Shown here: positions 10,017 through 20,000 of the stretch, piece by piece
Layout: each line of letters starts with the position of its first letter
How positions within the stretch are numbered: the stretch's first letter is position 1
Source of the DNA: Candidatus Poribacteria bacterium
Lineage (GTDB): Bacteria > Poribacteria > WGA-4E > GCA-2687025
Assembly (NCBI GenBank): GCA_963665845.2
Contig: OY762492.1
Span: 3,584,001 to 3,648,000, forward strand
Reading direction: 5' to 3'
Length of the DNA: 64,000 bases
Program-made: the position numbers and the translations under genes
The notes under the pieces: model-generated
Database searches by the model: none
What the model was told of the DNA's origin: nothing
Seen by the model: the letters and a program-made list of their open reading frames with translations, nothing else

Positions 10017-10763
10017 ATGAACATAGACGAACGGCTGATTCGGCGCATCATCATCGAGACGCTTGAAAAGGCGGACGCGAAAACGGAACAGGCGGAGGAG
10101 TCTGAATCGGCGCCGTCCGTCGCCGTTGCGTTGAGCGCCGCGACTCCTCCAAAAGCGGCTGAATCGGCGGTACGTCTGCTGATCCAAAACGGCTGCTCCG
10201 TTTCTGCTGTCGGCTGCGCGCATCGCGCGCCTGAAGCGCTGTACGAGGCGGTTCGGAAGCATGGTCTTGACGCCGTGTGCGGGTGCGAGCCGCGCCCGCT
10301 GCCTGACGGCGTTCAAGCGGTCGCCGCTCCGATGTTGAGCCTCGGCGACGCGGCGAAACTGGCGGGCTGCATTCTGGACGACCTGCCTGCAGAATGGATC
10401 TGGACGGCGCTTTCCAACGGGGCGGCGGTGTTTGCGTCGCCTGGGTTCGGTTTTGGCGGAGAGTCGGGTTCCTCAACCGGACGCGCCGCCGAGGAGATAC
10501 AGCGCGAATGCGAACGCCTTGGCGTTCAATGGACGGCGCCGGGCGAAATACATCTCGCGGCGTCGGCGGATCTGAACGCGGCGGGGGGAGGAACGACGCT
10601 GCATGTGCCGAACAGCAGCTCCCGCCCGCTCATCACCGAAGCGATGATCGACAATCTGCGCAGCGCGATTCAAACAATTGTGGTACCCTCGAACGCGGCG
10701 GTGACTCCGCTCGCGCGAGATCTTGCAAAAAAACGCGGCATCGTTTTACAAATGCGCTCATAA
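10017..10763 (+). CDS. Microcompartment-associated flavoprotein-like protein
   Basis: N-terminal helix DERLIRRIIIETL, central AAKLAGCILDD, C-terminal LITE...VTPLARDLAKKRGI as seen in Eut/Pdu/GRM accessory proteins. Confidence 0.6.
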   Translation: MNIDERLIRRIIIETLEKADAKTEQAEESESAPSVAVALSAATPPKAAESAVRLLIQNGCSVSAVGCAHRAPEALYEAVRKHGLDAVCGCEPRPLPDGVQAVAAPMLSLGDAAKLAGCILDDLPAEWIWTALSNGAAVFASPGFGFGGESGSSTGRAAEEIQRECERLGVQWTAPGEIHLAASADLNAAGGGTTLHVPNSSSRPLITEAMIDNLRSAIQTIVVPSNAAVTPLARDLAKKRGIVLQMRS

Positions 10764-10764
10764 A

Positions 10765-12138
10765 ATGAACCTTCCTCAAAAGATTCCTCCAAGCGATGAG
10801 ATCGATAGCCCAGAAGCGGCGGCGGCAAGGCTGTTTGACGCCTGCCAAAAACCGCTTCATCTGCCTGACGCCGCGCGCCCGATCGCGCTCTTGGCGGCAA
10901 AAGCGCGCGCCAACCCGACCGAACGCCTCGACCCACCCCCTGATATGCCGAACGAACATGCGCAAGCCGCCCTGTCCGCGGCGATACTGGGCGACCCGAA
11001 ACGCGCCGACAGCGACACGCGCATGCGCTTCGCCCAGATGAACGAAGAGGCGCAGCGGCTTGCCTTTATGGCCGCGGCGTTGTCGCGCCCCGCCGAGGCG
11101 CTGACCGAATGCGCTGTCGCGTTTGTCGATGACACCCGACCCAGGCTTCAGATTTACATCGCCGGTCCAAATGCGCAGAAGGCGGCGCCGGCGGCGAACC
11201 GAGCGGCGGCGGTATGGAACCTCTCCCTGCCGAGAGAGGCGCGCTTCGTTCATGACGACGGCTCAAAACCGTATTATCTGCGCCGCGGCGACACGATGCA
11301 GGCGGCGGCGTATAAAACGCTTCTCCTATTCCATCGAGAATGGAACGAACGCGAGAAGACGCTCCGCCAAGACAACGGCGCGCGCAGCGTGCATCAGTTT
11401 CGCGTCTGTTCGCGGCGCCTGCGGTCGATCTTGCAAACGTTCCGCTCCGTCCTCGGCAAGGAGACCGTGAAACCGTTGGAAAAAGCGGCGCGCGCCGTCT
11501 CCCGCTCTTCCAACCAGACGCGCGAACTGGACTCGCTTCAGCAGCTGATCCATGACGCGAACTGCCCGCGCCTCTCCGAATTCGCGTCGGAGGATCGGAA
11601 AAAGGCGTTTCAACAGAACCGCGGCGCCCTGGACGACGGCGCGATGGATCGGTTCAAGGCGGAGTATGCGGCGCTGCTGGACGCGCTTCATCCGACGCAT
11701 CGGCGCATAGAGCGGGTGGAGGCGCAGTCGGCGCTGCGCGTGGAGGCGCCTCGGCTCGTTCAGCGGCAGTTGCAAGACCTGATTCAGCTGGGCGAAAACA
11801 TCGATTCCGCCGATCTGGAACGGCTGCATGTGATGCGCATCGCTTCGAAGCGTCTGCGTTATTCGGTGGAGGCGCTGCGCGGGCAGCTGCCGAAAAAGGC
11901 GCGCCGCCTCATAGAGCCGCTGATCGAGTTTCAAGACCTGCTTGGAGACGACCGGGACGCGGCGCTTCAAGAGGAGTATATGGAGCGTTTTTTGAACGAC
12001 AACCCCTCTCTTTCTTTTGAAGAGAAACGCGCGCTGGAGCTGCTGTGCGCGGGGCTTCGGCGCAGGCAAACAAAAGCGCGGTCTGATTTTTTGAAACGAT
12101 GGAGATCGTTCGCCGCGCGCAACAAGGAGAACCCCTGA
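10765..12138 (+). CDS. CHAD-domain (polyphosphate-binding) protein
   Basis: VHQFRVCSRRLRS, RELD, LHVMRIASKRLRYSVE, QDLLG. Confidence 0.85.
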   Translation: MNLPQKIPPSDEIDSPEAAAARLFDACQKPLHLPDAARPIALLAAKARANPTERLDPPPDMPNEHAQAALSAAILGDPKRADSDTRMRFAQMNEEAQRLAFMAAALSRPAEALTECAVAFVDDTRPRLQIYIAGPNAQKAAPAANRAAAVWNLSLPREARFVHDDGSKPYYLRRGDTMQAAAYKTLLLFHREWNEREKTLRQDNGARSVHQFRVCSRRLRSILQTFRSVLGKETVKPLEKAARAVSRSSNQTRELDSLQQLIHDANCPRLSEFASEDRKKAFQQNRGALDDGAMDRFKAEYAALLDALHPTHRRIERVEAQSALRVEAPRLVQRQLQDLIQLGENIDSADLERLHVMRIASKRLRYSVEALRGQLPKKARRLIEPLIEFQDLLGDDRDAALQEEYMERFLNDNPSLSFEEKRALELLCAGLRRRQTKARSDFLKRWRSFAARNKENP

Positions 12139-12171
12139 ATGGGCAGATCGTCGCGCTTCCCATGGGCGCGG

Positions 12172-13095
12172 ATGAAACGGCGCGCCGTCATTGACATCGG
12201 AACGAACACCTGCCTGCTTCTGATTGGAGAAACGCGCGCGTCCGGCGATTACGAAATCGTGCGCGACGAGGCGGTCATCACGCAGCTGGGGCAGGGATTT
12301 TACGCCGCCGGGGAGCTGCGCCCCGAAGCGATGGAACGGACGCTTGGCGCCGTCGCGCGTTTTATGGAGATATGCGGCGAGGAGGAGGCGGAGGAGATTG
12401 TTGTTACAGGAACGAGCGCGCTCCGAGACGCCGAAAACGGAGCCGACTTCGTCGACGCGGCGCTGGAGGCGCATGGCGTCGAGGTGGAGATCATACCGGG
12501 CGAGGAGGAGGCGCGGCTCTCCTACCTTGCTGTCCGGCTGGACGACTCGCTGCCGATAACGCCGGAGGCGCTGCGCGTCGTCGCGGACATCGGCGGCGGC
12601 AGCACAGAGCTGACGGTCGGCGCCGACAGGATACGTCAGGTCGCCAGCCTGGATGTCGGCTCGGTGCGTTTGACGGAGATGTTTTTGAAACATGACCCGC
12701 CCGCCGCAAGCGAGACCGCCGCCTTGAGAGAGTATCTGACCGAGGCGTTTGAAGACGCCCCGCCCGCCAACGAAGCGGAGGCGCTGATTGGCGTCGGCGG
12801 AACGATCACGACGCTGGCATGCATCGCCCTGCGCGCGGAAGGCTTCGACCGTTCTCCGCATGGGTACGCTCTCACGCCCCGGAACATATCGGAGCAGATT
12901 GCGCAGTTTGCCTCAATGCCGACGGAGCGTCGAAAACAGATCGAAGGCTTGGACCCAAAGCGCGCCGACGTGATCCTCGCCGGCGCGCTCATCGCTGAAA
13001 CCGTCATGAAGAGGTTTCAAGGCGAAAAAATGATTGTGAGCGCGCGCGGCTTGCGCTACGGCGTCTTTCTGGACAGGTTCGTCAACCAGCCTTAG
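12172..13095 (+). CDS. ppx: Ppx/GppA exopolyphosphatase family protein
   Basis: IDIGTN, TSALRDAENG, EEEARLSY, DIGGGSTE, RADVILAG, GLRYG; start could be 12139. Confidence 0.9.
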   Translation: MKRRAVIDIGTNTCLLLIGETRASGDYEIVRDEAVITQLGQGFYAAGELRPEAMERTLGAVARFMEICGEEEAEEIVVTGTSALRDAENGADFVDAALEAHGVEVEIIPGEEEARLSYLAVRLDDSLPITPEALRVVADIGGGSTELTVGADRIRQVASLDVGSVRLTEMFLKHDPPAASETAALREYLTEAFEDAPPANEAEALIGVGGTITTLACIALRAEGFDRSPHGYALTPRNISEQIAQFASMPTERRKQIEGLDPKRADVILAGALIAETVMKRFQGEKMIVSARGLRYGVFLDRFVNQP

Positions 13096-13162
13096 ACGCT
13101 GGCAGTACGCGCCTTTCCTCGTTCCCCGCTTCCGCGAGGACATGCATTCCCGCCCCGCTCCT

Positions 13163-13556
13163 CGTCATTCCCGCCCTGCGGTAAAACGCGCGGGAATCCA
13201 GCGTCCAACGCCAGAAGACCATCATTCCCGCCCTTGCGGTAAAACGCGCGGGAATCCAGTGTCCAACGCCAGAAGACCGTCATTCCCGCCCTTGCGGTAA
13301 AACGCGCGGGAATCCAGCGTCCAGCGCCAGGAGACCGTCATTCCCGCCCTTGCGGTAAAACGCGCGGGAATCCAGCGTTCAACGCCAGAAGACCGTCATT
13401 CCCGCCCTTGCGGTAAAACGCGCGGGAATCCAGCGTCCAGCGCCAGGAGACCGTCATTCCCGCCCTTGCGGTAAAACGCGCGGGAATCCAGCGTCCAACG
13501 CCAGAAGACCGTCATTCCCGCGCCCCTCCTCGTCATTCCCGCGCAAGCGGGAATCT
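13163..13556. repeat. Tandem array of about six 58-bp REP-like units (BIME-like)
   Basis: Unit GTCATTCCCGCCCTTGCGGTAAAACGCGCGGGAATCCAGCGTCCAACGCCAGAAGACC between convergent genes; near-identical linkers. Confidence 0.92.
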
Positions 13557-13571
13557 TAAAAGAATCTGCGC

Positions 13572-13820
13572 TCAACGCTCCAAACGGCTGCGGCTCAAGT
13601 CGTCCATCAAGATCGTCATTTCTGCCTGCCGCTCTTTGAGTTGACTCATCTCAACCCGTATCTGCTCCAGCTGGATCTGTATCTGGACCATCTCGTTTTG
13701 GGACGAGCCGCTCCCGCCTTCCCGCCAGCGCGTCACATAATGCATGACGATTGAAAAGGCGAGCAGCAGAAAACCGCACCCTAAAACAAGCAGCAGTAAA
13801 AGGATCAGCCCCGCGCTCAT
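13572..13820 (-). CDS. Small membrane-anchored coiled-coil protein
   Basis: N-terminal hydrophobic segment, heptad-like C-terminus, GGAG RBS, directly downstream of holA. Confidence 0.7.
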   Translation of the reverse strand: MSAGLILLLLLVLGCGFLLLAFSIVMHYVTRWREGGSGSSQNEMVQIQIQLEQIRVEMSQLKERQAEMTILMDDLSRSRLER

Positions 13821-13836
13821 TGCTCCGCTCCTGTTT

Positions 13837-15249
13837 TCATGGGCGGTCCTTCAACGTTTTTTCTCCGCGCATCAGCTCCAGAACCGTATGCTGAAGAATG
13901 GAAAACTCGGACGCGCCGGTCGATTTCAGCGCCTCGTCCGCCTCCAGCAGCCGTTGATACGCCGCGTTCAGCTCCGCCAGCGTGAAACGCGCCGCCTGCG
14001 TCATGACCTTATACATCGCATACGGCGACTGCTTCAAAAGATTCAGCGACGAGTTGCTCGGAAGCCGCTGCGTCAGCGCGTCGTCCCATTTGCGGTACAC
14101 AAGGCTGGTAAAGGCGCGGTAGCTCATGCTCGGCTTGAAGTTAGAGAATTGCCCCGCCGCCTTCAACAGATGCGCCTGCTTCATGAGACGCGCCTGGCGG
14201 ATGAACATGGCGAGTATGCGCAGCGCCGGCTCGCCGTTCATGAGCAGGTTGTGAAGCGCGGACAAGCCCGCCTCCAGTTTCCGCTCGCCGACCGCGTCCA
14301 TCAGGTTGAACACCGTTTGCGTTGAGCTGTCCGTCACGACCGCTTCCGTCTCCGCGGAGGTGATTTTGCCGCCCCGTCCGACATAGGCGCTCAACTTCTC
14401 GATCTCATCCGCGATCAGCTGTAGGTTGTCGTTGGCGCGTTCGCGCAGTATTTTGACCGCGCTCGGCTCTATCGAAATTTGCTGTTTTCTGAGCTGCGAT
14501 TCGATGAATAAGGCGACCGAATCTTTTCCATACCGTTTCTGCGACAGGAGCGTGTCCACATTCGCAAGCGTCCCGCATTTGCCTAAGCGGGTCAAGACGG
14601 TTTTGGGGGGAGGCGAATCAAACCGAAGGATGAGCGTGGACGCGGAGGAGCGGTCCCCCTCCAACCATGCAAAAAAGCGGTCCTGGTCGTTGTCGGCGGA
14701 GGTTTCAGGGATCGGCGCGTCTTCAAGCCGTTCAGGCGCGGCGTCCAAAAACGGCAGCAGGTCGGGCTGACGTTCCGCCGCCTCGGCGCGCAGCGTTTCC
14801 ATCTTCGATTGAACGGCGGAGGAATCGAGCGGCGCGGGGTCGATCTCCATCGCCTTAAACAGCAGCGAAAGGGCGCGCGTTTCGTTGCCTAATGAAAGCG
14901 CCTTTTCCGCTTGGTCGACTCGCTGCATGCGCGTCGGCTGCGCGCCGCCGATCAAGAAGCCGAGGTTTTTGACCGACACGATGCGCCTGCCGCCGCCCAT
15001 CGGCGCGGTGTCAGCCATCGCCGCCAGCTCCTGAAACGCGGCGACCGACCCGTCCAGCGCGTCAAAATTGAAGTCCGCCAACGCGCCCGCGTCCGCCTGC
15101 AGCGCCTTCACTAGGCTGTCATGCAGCCTGTCCAGCAGATACTGGTCGGAGCCGTATAGGGCGTAGAGGGGCGACGTCTCGCCGTTTTTGACCGCGTTGG
15201 ACAGGTCTTGCAGGTTTCTGAGGGCGCCTTGCGTTGAAGTTTGACGCAT
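13837..15249 (-). CDS. holA: DNA polymerase III delta subunit with an internal insertion
   Basis: PLYALYGSDQY, DFNFDALDG, APMGGGRRIV, EIEKLSAY, VFNLMDA, EADEALKS. Confidence 0.85.
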   Translation of the reverse strand: MRQTSTQGALRNLQDLSNAVKNGETSPLYALYGSDQYLLDRLHDSLVKALQADAGALADFNFDALDGSVAAFQELAAMADTAPMGGGRRIVSVKNLGFLIGGAQPTRMQRVDQAEKALSLGNETRALSLLFKAMEIDPAPLDSSAVQSKMETLRAEAAERQPDLLPFLDAAPERLEDAPIPETSADNDQDRFFAWLEGDRSSASTLILRFDSPPPKTVLTRLGKCGTLANVDTLLSQKRYGKDSVALFIESQLRKQQISIEPSAVKILRERANDNLQLIADEIEKLSAYVGRGGKITSAETEAVVTDSSTQTVFNLMDAVGERKLEAGLSALHNLLMNGEPALRILAMFIRQARLMKQAHLLKAAGQFSNFKPSMSYRAFTSLVYRKWDDALTQRLPSNSSLNLLKQSPYAMYKVMTQAARFTLAELNAAYQRLLEADEALKSTGASEFSILQHTVLELMRGEKTLKDRP

Positions 15250-15252
15250 CGT

Positions 15253-16254
<1,002 letters not shown>

Positions 16255-16289
16255 TCTGTCTCCTCCATGGATGCGCTGAATTCCCCTAT

Positions 16290-16318
16290 AACATACCGCC
16301 GTTTGACGAAGAGGTCAA
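16290..16318 (-). promoter_or_regulatory. Putative sigma70 promoter of moxR-holA
   Basis: TTGACC-17 bp-TATGTT on the minus strand. Confidence 0.55.
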
Positions 16319-16391
16319 GCCTTCGTTTTCCTGAACGCATGCAGAACGTTGGGACGACGTTCTCATCGGGCAAGATTAACGCTATACTTAT

Positions 16392-16662
16392 TCCCTTGAA
16401 AAGGGGCTTCCGACGATCCCCTTTGAAAAGGGGCTTTCCGATTCCCCCCTTGAAAAGGGGGGCTAGGGGGGTTTTAAGGCGCGGACGCGCCGACTGCGAC
16501 GCCTCAAGATTCCCGCTTACGCGGGAATGACGACCGGCGGCGCGGGCGCGGCGGCTTCCGATTCCCCCCTTGAAAAGGGGGGCTAGGGGGGTTTTAGGCG
16601 CGGGCGCGGCGGCTTCCGATTCCCCCCTTGAAAAGGGGGGCTAGGGGGGTTTTAGGCGCGGA
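16392..16662. repeat. Cluster of CCCCTTGAAAAGGGG palindromic repeats plus one REP-like copy
   Basis: Five copies of CCC(C)TTGAAAAGGGG, three extended by GGCTAGGGGGGTTTT; the last two are 58 bp apart. Confidence 0.88.
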
Positions 16663-16704
16663 CGGCAAAGGCAATGTTACGGAAGGCACAGAAAGGAACG
16701 CAGC

Positions 16705-16980
16705 ATGGCTAAATACAGGCGCGCGGCAGCGGAAGCCGCGATCGACATCATCGCCTGCGGCGGAACATTACAGGAAGCGGCGGACGCGCTGGATGTAACG
16801 GTAGGGACGCTCTTCAGATGGGCAAAACGCGGCAAGGCGCCAGACGCGCCAAAACATCTACAGAGCTTCGCGGAGCTGTTTGACGAAGCGCGCGCTCTCA
16901 AGAAAGGCAAATCAAAATCGACAGCGCCGAAACCGCCCCCGTCAGACCCGGCGGAGGAACTGAACGGCAACGGCGAATAG
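16705..16980 (+). CDS. Small helix-turn-helix protein
   Basis: GTLQEAADALDVTVGTLFRW; AAGGA RBS; 25 bp upstream of the R-M gene. Confidence 0.7.
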   Translation: MAKYRRAAAEAAIDIIACGGTLQEAADALDVTVGTLFRWAKRGKAPDAPKHLQSFAELFDEARALKKGKSKSTAPKPPPSDPAEELNGNGE

Positions 16981-17005
16981 GCGCAAGGCTACGGAGAAAT
17001 CACGC

Positions 17006-20000
17006 ATGCAGACCCCCAACGGCAGCGATCAAGCCGTCCAAGCGGCTCTCGATAAACTGAATGAGAAGAGCTCTCAACAAACGGACGGCAAGTGGCTGGA
17101 AGAAATCGCCGTAAAAGCAGGACCGCATATCCGAGACTGGGACGTTTCGGAATGCTACTACTGGGGAGATTGGCCGGATCGAGAAAAACATTTTCCCGGC
17201 GTCAAACAGGTAGACATCGGCATTGACGTCGTCGCGGTAAGCGGCAGCGGCGAGCATATCGCCATCCAATGCAAGGCGCGCCAATTGGACGAACAAGGCG
17301 CCGGCGCTTCCGTATCAAAAGACGAAATGGCGAAGTTTATCAGCGCGTCGGCGCATTCGTTTTGGGCGGAGCGGTGGCTCGTCACAAACGGCAGCGTCCC
17401 GCAAAGCCCGCAGCTCAAATCCCTCCTGAACATGCAAGAGAAGCGCACCACATGGATCAACATCGCTTACGATCTGCAGCTCCAGCAGAGACCGGCAGAC
17501 GAGGACGCATGCCCCCATTGCGAACCGAACCCTGACGGCGAATTCCGCCAACAGACCAAAAACTGCATGCAGCGGGAAGCGGTCGAAAACAGCGTCCGCA
17601 TTCTAAAAGAGCATGAGCAGTCCAACAGCGGCGGACTGCCGATTGGTCAAGCGCGCGGCAGGATCATCCTCCCATGCGGAACCGGCAAAACGCGCATCTC
17701 TCTGCGCATCGTAGAGCAGCTGGCGGCGCAGGGCGAACTGGCGGTCATCCTTTGCCCCTCCATCGCTCTCGTCGCGCAGATACGGCGCGAATACCTGCAG
17801 CATGCGAACCTCCCAATGAGAGCGTTGGCGGTATGTTCCGATCAAACGGCGGGATACGATCCGAAAAAAGAGGACAGCGTCATCGCAAACGAAGACCCGA
17901 CCATCGACCGAAGCAACGTCAGCGCCTCCGAAGTGAAAGGGAAAGTGACGACGAAGCCGATGGAGATCGCCGAATGGATAACGGCGTCCGACAGCGAAAA
18001 CGCCGTCAACGTCATCTTCGGAACCTACCAGAGCGGACATCGCATCGCCGAGGCGCTGCGCCAAACCGAAACGAAAGCGGCGGTTCTCATCGCGGACGAA
18101 GCGCATCGAACCGCCGGACTAAAACGCAAACGCAGCAAGAGCAAGACCGCGTCCGAAGCGGAAAAGCGGATGCGCGACTTCACCCTGTGCCATGACAACG
18201 ACGCATTCCCGGCGACATACCGCGTCTATCAAACGGCGACGCCGCGCGTCTACAACACCAGCAAAGGCGCCGACCGAAACGCCGACTATATCGTCCGCTC
18301 CATGGACGACGAACGGGTGTTCGGGGTGGAACTGTACCGCAAAAGCTATGTCGAGGCGGTCAAAAACGAATGGCTGTCCGACTACCGAATCATCGCGCTG
18401 GCGATCAACGACCCGGACGCTTACGAAGAAGCGAACACTCTGGCAAAAAACACGAAAAGCAAAGGACGGCGCAAACTCAGCTCGGCAGACTACATGCGCG
18501 GACTCGCCTTCGCCCTGGCGATGGGCGGCGCCGCCCAAGCCGCAGGCGACGACGGCATCAAAATCGAATCATGCATCGCGTTCATGAACACGGTCGACAA
18601 ATCAAAAAACATGGCGCAAGACCTGCAAAGCAAAGCGGTCAAGCAATGGGTTCAAAAATGGCTCCATGAAAACAGCGCCAACGGAAAACGGGTCTCCGAC
18701 TACCGACTCGAACACCTGGACGCCACCAGCAACGTCACCGAACGAGACCACGCCAAATTCAAACTGGCGACCGCAAGCGAAGAGAAACCGCATGGGATCG
18801 TCAATGTCGGCATCTTCGGCGAAGGAACCGACTCCCCCTCCCTGAACGCCGTAGCGTTCCTAGAGCCGCGCAAAAGCCCCATCGATGTGATTCAAGCCGT
18901 CGGGCGCGCCATGCGAACGGCGCCCGGCAAACAGTTCGGCTACATCGTCTGCCCCGTCGTCATACCGCCCAACGCCGATCCTGAACAGTGGCTCAGCGCC
19001 AGCAATATGACGGAGGGATGGCAGGAGCTGGGGCAGATACTGCTCGCGCTGCGGGCGCATGACCAGCGCATCGAAGAAAAGCTGGCGGACCTGATGCTTC
19101 TATACATACCGCCGGCGCCAGAGGTTCAGCGCACATTGGTCGCCATCGCCATGCCTGAAAGCAAGCGCATTCAGTACCGAATACATGAAGGTAAACCGGG
19201 AGAAGCGGAGCAGGCGGTCAAGCGAGTCCTGGACGGAAAAAGCGCCATGTCGGACGAGTTCAGCCGCATTGAAAAGGAGTCTTCGAAGGAGCCTTCTGAC
19301 GCGATCGGGAGCGTCAAAGAGGAGCCGCAGCAGGAGCGGAAACCTGTTGAGCTGACCGCCATTATCGCCGGCAAGACGAACAGCGGCGGCGCGCCCGAAA
19401 TGCGGCTCGCCTCCATTCAAAGAGACAAGCCGAAATCGGACGGAACGCCAGGGAAAGTCAATATCGAGAAGTCGAAGACAAAAGCGAAAAACATGATCAA
19501 CAAAAGCGAAGGCGTCCGTACCCAGGCGCGCAAACCGAATCCGAAGCCCGCGAAACGGCGAACGAAAGAAGAGATCGCCGAAGACTCCGCCCAGCGGCTG
19601 CTGGAGCTCAGCGGCATGGGCGAATACGGCAGAGCCATCTGTATGAACCTGCTGACGAAATCGGGACTCAGAAGAAACCGCATCGAGAGAGACCTGAACA
19701 TCTTGGAAAAAAGCGTCAGCGAAGCGGCGTTCGAACTCCAAAGCGACGGACTGAACGAAATACTGGACAAGCATTTCGGCTTGGACAGATTGAAAAAGAC
19801 GCCCGGCAAAAAAGCGGCGGACGGCTGCACCATAACCTCCCTGCTCATGATGAACGCCGCCATGCTCCATCAGCGCATCAGCAACGGCGGATGGCTCTCC
19901 CAAATCAGCCCGTTGAGCGAGGTCAAACACGACACAAGGGTCGTCCAAAGAATATGCCGAGAATGGGAACGCATCATGCGCCATGACTTCCGACCCGTCC

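Noticed and set aside
11326-12861. Long antisense ORFs (also 4361..5656, 19100..21103, 35745..37013, 50001..51194)
   Set aside because: Shadow frames of well-supported genes in GC-rich DNA, with no recognisable motifs
13163-13556. Possible CRISPR array
   Set aside because: Linkers are near-identical rather than unique spacers, the core is the dispersed ATTCCC..GGGAAT REP-like palindrome, and no cas genes are present
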